Under the pieces are notes generated by a model, which worked only from the letters and a program-made list of their open reading frames with translations, had not been told where the DNA came from and made no database searches. A DNA stretch of 64,000 nt from Thermoanaerobaculia bacterium (GTDB lineage Bacteria > Acidobacteriota > Thermoanaerobaculia > Multivoradales > Multivoraceae). Numbering within the stretch: position 1 is the first letter of the stretch; every line of letters starts with the position of its first letter. The translations under genes were made by a program, and so were the position numbers. This document shows, in pieces, positions 40,001 through 50,470 of the stretch. The DNA is taken from positions 6,336,001 to 6,400,000 of the forward strand of contig OY761158.1 of assembly GCA_963664405.1 (NCBI GenBank), read 5' to 3'.

Positions 40001-42750
40001 CGCGGCGCTGGATCGGGCTCTTCGTTGCCGGTTGTTTGCTCGCTCCGGTGAGCGCCACCGCGCAAAATCTCTTTCGGAGTCGTGAGCTCAGCTTTGACCT
40101 TCGGCGTGACGGTCGTGCGCCGGACTCCCTGGCGGTTTCCGACCTGCGTGTTGAGCAGGGTGGAGGGGACGCGGAGGTTCTCGAGGTTGCCCCCGCAGCC
40201 GGCCGTCTGTGGAGCCTGCTCGTCTATGTCGATGCCCTCAGTGCCTCGACGCAGGAGCTCGGGAGGGCGGCGGCGATTCTGAGCGAGGCGGCTGGGGTCC
40301 TCACCGGTCTCGGCGAGGTCACCTTGCTGGTCGTGGACGAGCTAGCGGAGCCCTGGCTCGAAGAGAGTCGCGATCGGGAAGAGCTCGAGGAAGCGTTCGC
40401 GGAACTGGCGCAAGCCCGTTTTTCGTCGCTCGACCGGGGCGCAGAGGGTTTTTTGCCTTGGCGTAGAGCGATGCTGGTGGACGCGTTGGTCGGACAGGCG
40501 AAGGAGAATCCACGGGCGGTCTTGATTGTCGGCGACGTCAACGGCGAGCGGGGGGCTTCGCCGGGACAAGAGATCGAGAATCTCGAGCGAGCTCACCTCG
40601 CGGCGCTCGCTGCGTCTTTGGACTGGGTTGCGTTTCCGTTGCACATGGCCTCCGAGGGTGGAGATGTCTTACTCTCGCCACTCGCGGCAGAGACCGGAGG
40701 CGCCGTCGCGGCAGATGCCGACGAGCTCTCGGACGAGCTGTTGCGTTTGCCGGAGCGGTTCATGGTGCGTATTCGAGAGCGTGTGGTGGGTGATGGCGAC
40801 ATCACAGCTCTGTCGATCTCGGCAGCCACGGGAGAGGTGCGTGCGGCCCGTTGGTCGGCGACAGTGAGTCCCGATGTAGTGCTGGTCTCGAGGGTCCGAA
40901 ACCATCTCCAAGAGGGTGTCGACGGTGATCTGGAGATCCGGAGCAGCGGCGCGTTAGAGAGCGACGCCAATGGCGAAGAGGAGCTGAAGCTCGAGATCCT
41001 GACCGACCTTTCCTCGCTTCCCCCGCTTCAACGCTCTTTCTTGGATGTGGCCGACGGAGCTCGCGGTTTCCATTCTTCGTCACGGATGCGAGTCAGTCTC
41101 ATGCTCGACATCATCGATCAATCGCCGTTCATCATGCATCTCCGTGGCCGCGGAGCGCGGCTCTCGGGCTCCGCCGGGTGGTTGGTCCAAGTGCGGGCCC
41201 CGGTACCGGAGGATCTTCAGCATGTCGTTGCCATCGTCGAGGATCTGGGGAGCGGTCAATGGGGAGTCGCAGAGGTCGATTTCGAGGGCGACTTGCTGGG
41301 AATACTCGATGCCGAGACGGTGGTCGAGGCGATCGATCTGCGCCCTCTCTATGGCGCGGCTCGGGGAGCACAGACTGCAGCTGCCGGCGATGCCGAAGCC
41401 AAACTGATCGAGCTGATTCCTCCTCGTGCCCACGATCTCACCGGTCCGCAGCAGTTCCGCACCATGGCTCTCAACGCTTTCATCCGTCGCGTGGTCTTCT
41501 ACCTCGATGGCAAGCAGGTGGGAGAGGACGAGAGGAAGCCTTTCTCTGCGCGGATCGATCTGGGCTCAGAGTTGAAGCCCCAGGAGATTGAAGTCGTTGC
41601 TTACGATCGAGCTGGGGGTGAGATCAGTCGCGACAGCTTGATCGTCAACCGGGGCCGTAGCGCGTTCGAGGTCGAGCTGACTCGGGTTGAGGGAGATCCG
41701 ATCGATGGCTTGCTGCAGGTTGCGGTAGACGTCACGGTTCCTCTCGAGCGTTCGTTGGAGCGGGTCGAGCTGTGGTGGAACGACAGTTTGAAGAAAACCT
41801 TCACCCGGGGTCCCTTTGCTGCCGACATCGAGGTGCAGGGGACGGGCGGTGCCGACTTCGTTCGCGCCGTGGCGTATCTCGACGACGGCAGCAGCTTCGA
41901 AGATGTCGAGCTCTTCGGCGTCAGTGGAGGGATGGAGGAGGTAGAGGTCAACCTGGTCGAGATCTACGCGGTGGTGACCGACCAGCAGGGGGTGCCGCGA
42001 CGCGATCTTTCCCAAGAGGAGTTCAGTGTCAGGCTGCGCGGCGACGAGGTTCAAATCGAGCGCTTCGGGCTGGCGGAGGACATCCCCCTGGCGATGGGTT
42101 TGGTGATCGACACTTCGCAGAGCATGGAGGCCCTGATGCAGGACACTCGCATTGCTGCAATCCGGTTCCTCAGCGATGTGGTGACCGAGGCCGATCGTTC
42201 ATTCTTGGTCGACTTCGACAGTCAGCCGCGTCTAGCGCAGGCGATGACCCAGGACCTCGGAGAGATGGTCAGGGGGCTCGGTACCATGCGCGCCGGAGGC
42301 TTTACCGCCCTCTACGACTCGATCATCTTCTCGCTCCTCCAATTCGACGAGCGAGAGGACCGAAGAGCGCTCATCCTGCTTACTGACGGTGACGACTACA
42401 AGAGTCGCTTCAGCGCCCGGCAGGCCTCCCTGCAGTCGCGAGCCATCGGGGTCCCGGTCTACATCCTTTCCCTCGCTCAGCTCGACTCCTTCCGCCTCGC
42501 TCAGCGCAAGGCCGATCTCGAAGCGATCGCACGCCAGACAGGAGGCCATGTTTTCTACGTTTCGTCTCGCGAGGAGCTTTCACCCGCCTACGCCAAGATC
42601 GGAGCCGAGCTGCGCAGCCAGTACCTACTCGCCTTTTCAACCCCACAAGAGCTCAGCGAGAAGGACCTGCAGAAGATCGAGGTCAAGGTAAGAGGACGAG
42701 GCCTCTCGATCCGCGCCGTCGTCGGTGGCCGGTCAGTTCAGACCCGCTGA
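39997..42750 (+). CDS. Secreted VWA-domain protein, paralog of the previous gene
   Basis: VIDTSQS (MIDAS), TALYDS, LLTDGDD, QTGG; GTGA overlap. Confidence 0.88.
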   Translation: MTRRWIGLFVAGCLLAPVSATAQNLFRSRELSFDLRRDGRAPDSLAVSDLRVEQGGGDAEVLEVAPAAGRLWSLLVYVDALSASTQELGRAAAILSEAAGVLTGLGEVTLLVVDELAEPWLEESRDREELEEAFAELAQARFSSLDRGAEGFLPWRRAMLVDALVGQAKENPRAVLIVGDVNGERGASPGQEIENLERAHLAALAASLDWVAFPLHMASEGGDVLLSPLAAETGGAVAADADELSDELLRLPERFMVRIRERVVGDGDITALSISAATGEVRAARWSATVSPDVVLVSRVRNHLQEGVDGDLEIRSSGALESDANGEEELKLEILTDLSSLPPLQRSFLDVADGARGFHSSSRMRVSLMLDIIDQSPFIMHLRGRGARLSGSAGWLVQVRAPVPEDLQHVVAIVEDLGSGQWGVAEVDFEGDLLGILDAETVVEAIDLRPLYGAARGAQTAAAGDAEAKLIELIPPRAHDLTGPQQFRTMALNAFIRRVVFYLDGKQVGEDERKPFSARIDLGSELKPQEIEVVAYDRAGGEISRDSLIVNRGRSAFEVELTRVEGDPIDGLLQVAVDVTVPLERSLERVELWWNDSLKKTFTRGPFAADIEVQGTGGADFVRAVAYLDDGSSFEDVELFGVSGGMEEVEVNLVEIYAVVTDQQGVPRRDLSQEEFSVRLRGDEVQIERFGLAEDIPLAMGLVIDTSQSMEALMQDTRIAAIRFLSDVVTEADRSFLVDFDSQPRLAQAMTQDLGEMVRGLGTMRAGGFTALYDSIIFSLLQFDEREDRRALILLTDGDDYKSRFSARQASLQSRAIGVPVYILSLAQLDSFRLAQRKADLEAIARQTGGHVFYVSSREELSPAYAKIGAELRSQYLLAFSTPQELSEKDLQKIEVKVRGRGLSIRAVVGGRSVQTR

Positions 42751-42808
42751 GCGCAGAGCGAGAGGGACGCCGCGAGACGTCTGATTCGGCTTGCACTAAA
42801 ATACCTAT

Positions 42809-43807
42809 ATGTCGATTAACCTGAGCTCGGATTCGACGATCTTCGTTGCCGGCCATGGTGGCCTGGTCGGGTCGGCGGTCGTGCGTCACCTCGAGAGCCA
42901 GGGCCTTTCCAATATCCTCACCGCGAGTCGCGAGCAACTGGACCTAAGAGATCAGGCTGCCGTCAACTATTGGTTTCGCGCCAACCGTCCCGACTTCGTG
43001 TTTCTCGTAGCCGGTACCGTCGGTGGTATTCTTGCGAATTCGACTCGTCCGGCAGAGTTCATCTACGACAACTTGATGATCCACGCGACGGTTGTTCATG
43101 CCGCCTATCTATACGAGGTGAAGCGACTTCTCTACCTTGGAAGCTCCTGCATCTATCCTCGAGATAGCCCTCAACCGATGGCCGAGACGGCTCTGCTCAC
43201 CGGGCCGCTGGAGCCCACCAACGAGGCCTACGCCGTGGCCAAGATCGCCGGCATTCGACTCTGTCAGGCTTATCGGCAGCAGTACGGATGCGACTTCATT
43301 TCGGCGATGCCGACCAATCTCTACGGTCCTGGGGACAACTTCGAACTCGAGAGCTCGCATGTGGTCCCGGCGCTGATGCGGAAGTTTCACGAGGCCAAGA
43401 TTCGAGGCGAGAGAGAGGTCGTCGTCTGGGGAACCGGTGCGCCCAAGAGAGAGTTCCTGCATGTCGACGATCTGGCAGACGCATGTCTGTTCCTGGTACG
43501 CAACTACGACGATGCCGACCACATCAACGTTGGAACGGGCGAGGATCTGCCCATCCGAGAGCTGGCTGAGCTGATCCGCAGCATCGTAGCTCCAGGAGTC
43601 GAGCTGGTGTTCGACACCTCCAAGCCGGATGGCAGCCCTCGCAAGCTTCTCGACGTCTCGCGCCTCACCGGCTTGGGGTGGAAACCGCGCATCGATTTCG
43701 AGCAGGGAATCGCCACTACCTATGAGTGGCTTCGCGAGCACTACGACGCTCTAGTGAGTGAGGAGTCTCGGGAAGAAGTCCCGGCGGGGTCGAGCGGCGT
43801 CGCGTAA
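42809..43807 (+). CDS. fcl: GDP-L-fucose synthase
   Basis: GHGGLVG, VGGILAN, GSSCIYP, YAVAK, PTNLYGP, REFLHVDD. Confidence 0.96.
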   Translation: MSINLSSDSTIFVAGHGGLVGSAVVRHLESQGLSNILTASREQLDLRDQAAVNYWFRANRPDFVFLVAGTVGGILANSTRPAEFIYDNLMIHATVVHAAYLYEVKRLLYLGSSCIYPRDSPQPMAETALLTGPLEPTNEAYAVAKIAGIRLCQAYRQQYGCDFISAMPTNLYGPGDNFELESSHVVPALMRKFHEAKIRGEREVVVWGTGAPKREFLHVDDLADACLFLVRNYDDADHINVGTGEDLPIRELAELIRSIVAPGVELVFDTSKPDGSPRKLLDVSRLTGLGWKPRIDFEQGIATTYEWLREHYDALVSEESREEVPAGSSGVA

Positions 43808-43988
43808 GCCTCCCTCGCCTCCTTGGGGCGGTCGATCCCTTCGAGGATCTCGCCTCGCCAAACCAACCAGTGCTCGGTCCGCGGCGAGGTCCCGGCGAGC
43901 GCAAGCAGACGAGCGGCCCCGCGGCGTCTGTAGGATTCCGGGCTGTGTAGCGCTCGAAGTAGGGGAGGGCCTTCTGAGGTTCGAGTCT

Positions 43989-45035
43989 CTATTCGGGGAG
44001 GAAAGTCTCTACCTCGGCCCTGGCGAGGAATTCGTCGACCTGTTCGAGCAGCATGCCCTGCACTTTTTGGGACGAAAGGACCTGGCCTATGGTCTCCTTC
44101 GCTTCGTCGAAAGAGGCGATACGCGAGGCTTGCGTGTCGATTCCCTTGATGATGTGGAAGCCGACCGGGGTCTCGACCAGGTTGCTGATCTCGCCCGGCG
44201 CCAGAGCGAAGGCCGTACTTTCGAAGGCGGGGAGTGTTTGGCCCCGAACCAGCCATGGAAGCTCCCCGCCCTGCGTCTTCGAAGCGTCTTCGGAGTGTTC
44301 GTAGGCAAGGGCGGCGAAGTCTTCGCCTTGCTTGGCGCGTTCGAGAAGAGCCACTGCCTTGCCTCGGGCCACCGCCTTGTCGTCGGCGGTCGCTTCGCGT
44401 TCGACTACGATCAAAACATGGCGCACCCTGACGCGCTCGGGCTGGCGGAAGCGCTCGACGTTCTCATCGTAGAAGAGGCGCATCTCTTCGTCACTGATGT
44501 TGACCTTGGGGGCTATCTCCGCATCCACATAGTGACCCCTCGAGATGTCTCGAGCGAACCTCTCGCGCAATTGTTCCTCGGTCGTTCCCTGATTCTTCAT
44601 GGCCTCCTGAAAAGCCTCTTCTGAGGGGGCGGCGGCGCGGGCCTGGAGGAGGCTCTGGTTGATCTCGTCGGCAGTGGCCGCGACCCCCTTCGCCCTCGCT
44701 TCTTGCGCGATGAGTTGGGCGGCGATCAGCTGTTGCAGTGCCTGCTGGTAGAAGTGGCGATCGGCGACCACCTCTTGGCCCATCTGGCGGAGCTGCGAAT
44801 ACGCACCCTGGGCCTCCTGCAGTAGCTCGGCCCGGGTGAGCTCGCGACCGTTGACCCGAGCCACGATCTCAGGAAGAAGGGCGGGGTCGAGGGCCGTCGG
44901 TGCTGTTGAAGCGGCGTCCGCTGCGGCTTGCGGCGATGCGGCTGTGGCGGTGCACAGCGCGAGTGCCACGAGACCCGCAGCCATCATCCTGGCGCAGGGG
45001 TTGTCTCCGGATTCGATTCTGTCTGGTCGAGTCAT
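43989..45035 (-). CDS. Parvulin-type peptidyl-prolyl isomerase (SurA/PrsA-like)
   Basis: VRVRHVLI, FAALAYEHSED, GGEL, VETPVGFHII. Confidence 0.92.
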   Translation of the reverse strand: MTRPDRIESGDNPCARMMAAGLVALALCTATAASPQAAADAASTAPTALDPALLPEIVARVNGRELTRAELLQEAQGAYSQLRQMGQEVVADRHFYQQALQQLIAAQLIAQEARAKGVAATADEINQSLLQARAAAPSEEAFQEAMKNQGTTEEQLRERFARDISRGHYVDAEIAPKVNISDEEMRLFYDENVERFRQPERVRVRHVLIVVEREATADDKAVARGKAVALLERAKQGEDFAALAYEHSEDASKTQGGELPWLVRGQTLPAFESTAFALAPGEISNLVETPVGFHIIKGIDTQASRIASFDEAKETIGQVLSSQKVQGMLLEQVDEFLARAEVETFLPE

Positions 45036-45066
45036 CTTTAAGCCCTCGAACCGAGCCTATCAATCT

Positions 45067-45232
45067 CTAGTGTCCTGTATCAGTGGTTCGTTGCATGAAT
45101 CGCGCAGTCATTTTGTGGGCTGCCAAGGCGCGCCGACGAAGTCATATTGGGAATATTTCGAGGAGGTGCAACGACGGCAGGACGCAAAGCGGCCAGCGAG
45201 TTATGTGACGAACTACTGGTACAGGACACTAG
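45067..45232 (+). repeat. MITE-like repeat, copy A
   Basis: Ends CTAGTGTCCTGTATCAGT and ACTGGTACAGGACACTAG; homologous to 50471-50637 in inverted orientation. Confidence 0.85.
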
Positions 45233-45244
45233 GGCCGCGGGCAG

Positions 45245-46285
45245 TTAGAGTAATCGGCCGAGGAGGAGCTCGGCGCTGAAGCCCGGCCCAAAGGCCCCGA
45301 GAAGCGAATATCCAGGCTCAGCCTCTCCTTCGAGCGCTTTGTGCAGCACCCAGAGAATGCTGGCGGACGACAGATTCCCCACTTCCCGCAAGGTGGCCCG
45401 CGAGAGGGCGAGCTGCTCCTCTTCGAGATCGAAGAGCTCACGCATAGTGTCGAGGATCTTGCGCCCCCCCGGGTGGAGTAGATAGTTGCGGATCTCTGCA
45501 CCCTCCACCCCGGCGTCGCTGAGGAAAGCCTCGACGACCGGCGACAGCTGGTCTCGGAGCAGCCGAGACACGCGTTTGTCCAGGATGATGCGAAATCCGT
45601 CGTCGTTGAGGTCGAAGCCCATCATCTCGGGGCTGTCCGGAAAGAGGTGAGTGCGGGTGCAGAGAATCTCGAGAGGGCCCCGGTCGCCGCGGACCAGGGC
45701 CGCAGCGCCGCCGTCTCCGAAGAGCGCGCTCGAGACCAGATTCGCGACGCTCATGTCACCGCGCAGGTAGGTCATCGAAGGGATCTCGATGGAGACGATC
45801 GCGATCTTGTGGTCCGGATAAGCCAGAAGGTGATCGTGGGCGTGAGAGATCGCCATAGCTCCAGCGGCGCAACCCAGCTCGGTGAAGGGAAGCCTCTTGG
45901 TGTCCGAGCGCATCCGGAAGTGGTTGATGAGATAGGTGTCGAGCGCCGGGATCATGAAACCGGTACAGGAGGTGGTGATGAGAACGTCGATGTCGGTCGG
46001 AGAGACAGAGCCCTTCTCCAGCAGCCGCCCCAAGAGCTCGATCCCGAGCTTCTGGCACTCTTCGATGTAGACATCGTTACGCCACTTGAGAGAGTGGTGG
46101 GCGAGAAGGGTGTCGACGTCTCGTACCAAGTAGCGGTTCTCCACTCCGGCGTTGCGGAACAAGCCGAGCGCCTGGTCGAGAAAGGCGACCTTGCCTTTGA
46201 GGACATCGCGCGCCAGGTCGATCACCCGCTCTTGGGAGAGCTGATGAGGAGGCAAAGCGGTGGTAACGCAATCAACGAAGCTCAG
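45245..46285 (-). CDS. Type III polyketide synthase (start uncertain, possibly CTG)
   Basis: Cys-His-Asn triad: LGCAAG, LLHPGG, GNLSSAS; also ALFGDG and FGPG. Confidence 0.92.
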   Translation of the reverse strand: MSFVDCVTTALPPHQLSQERVIDLARDVLKGKVAFLDQALGLFRNAGVENRYLVRDVDTLLAHHSLKWRNDVYIEECQKLGIELLGRLLEKGSVSPTDIDVLITTSCTGFMIPALDTYLINHFRMRSDTKRLPFTELGCAAGAMAISHAHDHLLAYPDHKIAIVSIEIPSMTYLRGDMSVANLVSSALFGDGGAAALVRGDRGPLEILCTRTHLFPDSPEMMGFDLNDDGFRIILDKRVSRLLRDQLSPVVEAFLSDAGVEGAEIRNYLLHPGGRKILDTMRELFDLEEEQLALSRATLREVGNLSSASILWVLHKALEGEAEPGYSLLGAFGPGFSAELLLGRLL

Positions 46286-47064
46286 GGCATATTCCAGGAG
46301 AAGTAGGAGGATCTTCCGGGCTCTCGAATCTCGAAAGTAGCTTGCGGGACACCCTGCGAAAGTGCCCAGAGAATCCCGAGGCCCGGTTCGAGACAGGGTG
46401 AGAACGGCCAATCAGCCGCCGGCGGCGAAGATGCGCTTGCACCCAGGACCATCGCTTCGCCACCGGTGGCGCGAGCGATGGTTCCCAACTCGCCGTCGCC
46501 GCTGAAGAGTAGCGCAATTGCGCCTTCGAGACCCTGGCTCGCCCCGGTTTGGAGAATATTGCGGCTCCTCTCTTCTGCTCGATCGCTCGCCGAGCTGAGG
46601 ACGAAGAGTACGGGGCGATCAGGTATTTCCAGGGCGGCCGCTGGAATCAGGTCCGCGAAGGCGGCCGCGGAGTCGATTGTGCTCAACGATGGCCCGCGAA
46701 GGTGGAAGTGAAGACTGAGACTGGCAGGCACCTGGTTGCGGAGCGAGAGCAGCAGCGCAAAGGGGTGAATCCGCCGTGATCTGCGCCGGCCGAACCCGGG
46801 TCCGACCAGACGACCGTCTGGGGAGTCCTTGCGGGCCGCATCGAAAAGGTGGAGACACGACCCGGGAGAGCCGGAGATCGTGTAGAGAGCCGCCTCAGCG
46901 GCCCGCTCCGCCAGTTCCTCCACCGCCGCTATGGCGTATTCGGCCGCCGCCGAGACTGCGTGGCTCGCCGGCGGTTTCTCGATGACCCGAACGCCGGGGC
47001 AGTCGAGGATCTGCGCTGGAGCGGCGCCGGCCAGAACGGCCCGGTAGTCTGCCAGCTTCAACAT
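46282..47064 (-). CDS. Degenerate ketosynthase N-terminal-like (chain-length-factor-like) protein
   Basis: IHPFALLLSLRNQVPASLSLHFHLRGP, EGAIAL; no catalytic Cys; lies between the KS and PKS genes. Confidence 0.65.
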   Translation of the reverse strand: MLKLADYRAVLAGAAPAQILDCPGVRVIEKPPASHAVSAAAEYAIAAVEELAERAAEAALYTISGSPGSCLHLFDAARKDSPDGRLVGPGFGRRRSRRIHPFALLLSLRNQVPASLSLHFHLRGPSLSTIDSAAAFADLIPAAALEIPDRPVLFVLSSASDRAEERSRNILQTGASQGLEGAIALLFSGDGELGTIARATGGEAMVLGASASSPPAADWPFSPCLEPGLGILWALSQGVPQATFEIREPGRSSYFSWNMP

Positions 47065-48215
47065 GGGTGATCGGCGGAGAGCAAGAGTGCGGAGTTGTGG
47101 CCGCCGAAGGCGAAGGCGCTGGAGAGTGCGAAGTCGCCGCTCAGAGCGCGGGGCTCGAGGGCCACATAGTCGAGATCACATTCCGGGTCGGGCTCGTGCA
47201 GGTTCAAGGTCGGCGGGGCCTGTTGTCGGCCCAGCGCCTCCAGGGTGACCACCACCTCCATCAGGGAGGATGCGCCGAGACAGTGCCCGGTCATCGACTT
47301 GAGCGAGCTCACAGGAATCGAGTGCGCCCGCTCTCCGAAGAGGTTCTTGTAGAGACGGGTCTCGCAGCGGTCGTTGCCAGGGGTTGCGGTGCCATGCGCG
47401 CAGATGTAGGAAGGAACGGTGCCGGCGAGCGCCGCTCGGCAGGCGGCCTCCATGGCGGAGAGATCCTCTGGCATGTCGGTGAACTTCTCGGCATTCATCG
47501 ACCTGCCGTGGCCACAGAGGTAGCCGGTGGGTTGTCGCGGCCGCCGGCTGCTGAGCCAACACGCGGCGCCGCCTTCGCCCATGACGAAGCCTTTGCGCCG
47601 GCGGTCGAAGGGGCGGCTGGCAGTCAGATCGTCTTCGGTGCTGAGGGCGTGAATGTTGTTGAAGAGAGCGATACCAACCGGGTCGAGCATCGATGCGGCG
47701 GCGACGACCAGAACGTCTTCGGCGATTCCGGCTTCGATCCATCGGTGGGCGAGGATGAGGGCGTCGCTCCCCGAGGCACATGCACTGTCGACTCGGGCCC
47801 GCGGTCCATGCGCGCCAAGGACCGAGGCCACGTACTCGAGCGGAAAGTCGCCGGCGAAGCCGAGGATCTCTTCCATCTGCTGCGGGTCACAACGATGCTG
47901 GAGTACGTGCTCTAGGTAGGCGGGCTCGGAGTGAAGGCTCGAAAGGGCCAATACCAGGCCATAGCTCGGTCCCTCTTCGCGCTCCAGTCTGCGCCCCGCT
48001 TCGACCGCCGCGAGAAGGCCCCTTGGGGCCAAAGCGTAGGGGAAGTTTCGGGGTCGGGGTGGGTCGGCGGCGAAGGGGGCGCCAACCGCGACCGCAAACT
48101 CTCCCTCGAGGCGGGTGACCGCCGAGCGACCCCGCACCAGGTCTTCTTTCGTCAGCTCACCAGGAGCAAAAAGAGACGTTGCGAGGATGGGGAGCGGCTT
48201 CAGCCGGGAGGACAC
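47058..48215 (-). CDS. Beta-ketoacyl-ACP synthase (FabF/type II KS-like)
   Basis: SACASG, RPFD, GEGG, AHGTAT, KSMTGH, FAFGGHN. Confidence 0.93.
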   Translation of the reverse strand: MSSRLKPLPILATSLFAPGELTKEDLVRGRSAVTRLEGEFAVAVGAPFAADPPRPRNFPYALAPRGLLAAVEAGRRLEREEGPSYGLVLALSSLHSEPAYLEHVLQHRCDPQQMEEILGFAGDFPLEYVASVLGAHGPRARVDSACASGSDALILAHRWIEAGIAEDVLVVAAASMLDPVGIALFNNIHALSTEDDLTASRPFDRRRKGFVMGEGGAACWLSSRRPRQPTGYLCGHGRSMNAEKFTDMPEDLSAMEAACRAALAGTVPSYICAHGTATPGNDRCETRLYKNLFGERAHSIPVSSLKSMTGHCLGASSLMEVVVTLEALGRQQAPPTLNLHEPDPECDLDYVALEPRALSGDFALSSAFAFGGHNSALLLSADHPC

Positions 48216-48763
48216 TACTCTCCAGAGATCTCTTTCGACTTCTCCTCGAGCCAGCTCTCGAGGATCTCATCACCGGTCGGGGGCGGTACGGGCTCGCCTG
48301 ACCCCTTGGAGATCACCTTGAGGCCTACGAGGACGGCTACTTCACCATTAGGAGACAGGTCCGGAGTCTGGTCGTAGAAATCCTTGATCAATCCCGCGAA
48401 AGTACGAATGCTGAAGTACTGGGGAATGTCCGCCGCGCGCAGCGAGCCAGGTAGCTCGACCTCTGCCAACGCCGGCATACGCTGGAGCAGGATCTTGGTA
48501 CCGAGGTCAGTGAGAAATCCCTCCCGGAGAATGATTCCGTCACCGACGACCCGATCGAGCTCTTCGATGGCATTACGCCCGCTGAACTCCACATCGAAGG
48601 CCTCTTCGAGTGCGAAACTGGCCTCGATCATATCCAGCGAGTCGAGGCCGAGCTCCTTCATCAGAGGGCTCGAGAGTAAAAGCTCGACCTCGGGAATGAG
48701 AGCCTCGGTCAGGATTTCTTGGATGGCCTCGGCGAGGGTATCGATAGAGGGTGGGTTCTTCAT
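48215..48763 (-). CDS. Acyl carrier protein with insertion/C-terminal extension
   Basis: LGLDSLD phosphopantetheine motif; 182 aa. Confidence 0.85.
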   Translation of the reverse strand: MKNPPSIDTLAEAIQEILTEALIPEVELLLSSPLMKELGLDSLDMIEASFALEEAFDVEFSGRNAIEELDRVVGDGIILREGFLTDLGTKILLQRMPALAEVELPGSLRAADIPQYFSIRTFAGLIKDFYDQTPDLSPNGEVAVLVGLKVISKGSGEPVPPPTGDEILESWLEEKSKEISGE

Positions 48764-48788
48764 GCTCGCGCTCCGTCGAAGCCTGATC

Positions 48789-50444
48789 TTACAGCCACTC
48801 TACTGCCAGTACCGTCGCCGGGATACCCGCCGTCTCGAAGTAGTCGAGCCAGCCGCGTTGCTCCGGTCGGAGCTGATCGCCCGGACCCTTGACTTCCAGT
48901 AGCTCGTAGCCGGGAGTCCCCTCACTCGGTACGAAGAGATCGGGAAAGCCGTTTCGGTACCGGCGCAGATCGCGGCTCAGGCGTGCGCACACCGAGGCCA
49001 GGTGCGGGCCGGGGAGGCGAGGAAGGACGAGCTCGAGGCTCGATCGCAATGCCTGGGACCACAAGACGAGGGAGTTGCGGGTCCCCTCCTTGGCTGCCAA
49101 CACTTCCAAGATACGCGCCGCCGGCCACTCGTCTTCCTCGATCTCCTGCAGGCGGCTTGCCACCGCCTGCTCTCGACGAGTGCGGAAGGCCGGGTCGTAG
49201 AGGTCGAGAGGGGCGGCCTGGAAGGGGTGCTGGAAAGCGCCTTGGATGGGTTGGAAGATGATGTCCCAGAAACTGAGACCGAAGAGACTGCTCCACAGCC
49301 AGTTCTCGCTATGGATACCGACACAGCCCTGCTTCGATAGCTCTTCGAGCACGTCGGTTTCGATTGGCTTGGTCCCGCTGCGCGACACTCGCAGCAGGCG
49401 CCGCCGACGTCGACTTCGGTAGGCCGGTGGTATCTGCCCCAGGCGCCGCCGCAGTAGATACGAGAAGCGAGGCGCGAAGACCCTTTCACTTTCGTCCCGA
49501 GGCGAGCTCTCGATCTGGCGACAGACTCGCAAAGCCGCCCTGGTGCGATCGAGGCGAGCGAGAATGCGGGCTCTCCGCTCCCTTGCCGGAGGGCGTTCGG
49601 CAGTGAAGAAGATCTCGAGGGCACAGGTTAGCTCTCCGGCGCGTTCGAGGCTGGAGGCTACCTCGCAAAGGGTGCGGTCGACGACCGGGAGTGCCAGGGG
49701 GTGCCATGCGGGGGTGCGCTCCACAAGGCGCTGAGCCAGGTCCCGGGCGGCGGTGAAATCGGCGTCGTGCAGATAGCGCCGAGCGAGAGCGAGCTCGGCG
49801 CGGACGGCGAGAGTGTCGTCGACTGCCTCCCGGGTCGGAAAGAGGCGCATCTCGTCGGTCAGCGCATAAGGCTCGTAGCGCAAGACCTCGAGGTCGGTGA
49901 GTACGAGCTCGGTCCAGTCCTGGCGAAGGTTGCCGAAGAAGAGAAGGCGAAAGACACGCACTTCGTGTTGGGCCAGGGGGCGGAGAACCTCGATTCGGTG
50001 GCGAAGCGCCGGGTGGAGGATCGTAGCGGGGAAGTTCTCGACAATCTGCTCGAGAAGCTCGCTCTTGGTTCGGCGAGTGACTTCGGGGCCGCCGAGCTCC
50101 CTTGCAAGCTCGTCGAGCTCGGAGCGAAGCAGCAGGCGCAGAAGGTCCAGGGGCTCTGCCTCCGGTGCCTGATCGAGAAGCGTGGCCGCGCTCAGCTCGA
50201 GGACGGCGCCGGCCAGATCGGGTACTTCGCCGTAGCAGAGCCGGTCCTGGCGAAAGAGCGGCCCCTTACGAGAGAGGAGACGCAGCCACAGGCAGCGGGC
50301 CGGCTGGGAGAGAGCGTGGTAGCGGTCGAGGAACGCAAGCTCCGCGGGGACCAAGAGATCTCGATAGCACTCCAGGACCGTCCCGAGGATCTTCTCGAAA
50401 TTCTCTACATAGTAAGGGCCGTTGGATGCCCGGGCATCGGCCAT
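48789..50444 (-). CDS. VRR-NUC domain nuclease (bacterial FAN1-like)
   Basis: YYVENF, LFFGNLRQD, GFPDL, EVKGPGDQL. Confidence 0.92.
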   Translation of the reverse strand: MADARASNGPYYVENFEKILGTVLECYRDLLVPAELAFLDRYHALSQPARCLWLRLLSRKGPLFRQDRLCYGEVPDLAGAVLELSAATLLDQAPEAEPLDLLRLLLRSELDELARELGGPEVTRRTKSELLEQIVENFPATILHPALRHRIEVLRPLAQHEVRVFRLLFFGNLRQDWTELVLTDLEVLRYEPYALTDEMRLFPTREAVDDTLAVRAELALARRYLHDADFTAARDLAQRLVERTPAWHPLALPVVDRTLCEVASSLERAGELTCALEIFFTAERPPARERRARILARLDRTRAALRVCRQIESSPRDESERVFAPRFSYLLRRRLGQIPPAYRSRRRRRLLRVSRSGTKPIETDVLEELSKQGCVGIHSENWLWSSLFGLSFWDIIFQPIQGAFQHPFQAAPLDLYDPAFRTRREQAVASRLQEIEEDEWPAARILEVLAAKEGTRNSLVLWSQALRSSLELVLPRLPGPHLASVCARLSRDLRRYRNGFPDLFVPSEGTPGYELLEVKGPGDQLRPEQRGWLDYFETAGIPATVLAVEWL

Positions 50445-50470
50445 GGCCCCATCTTATCGGCCGCGCTTCG

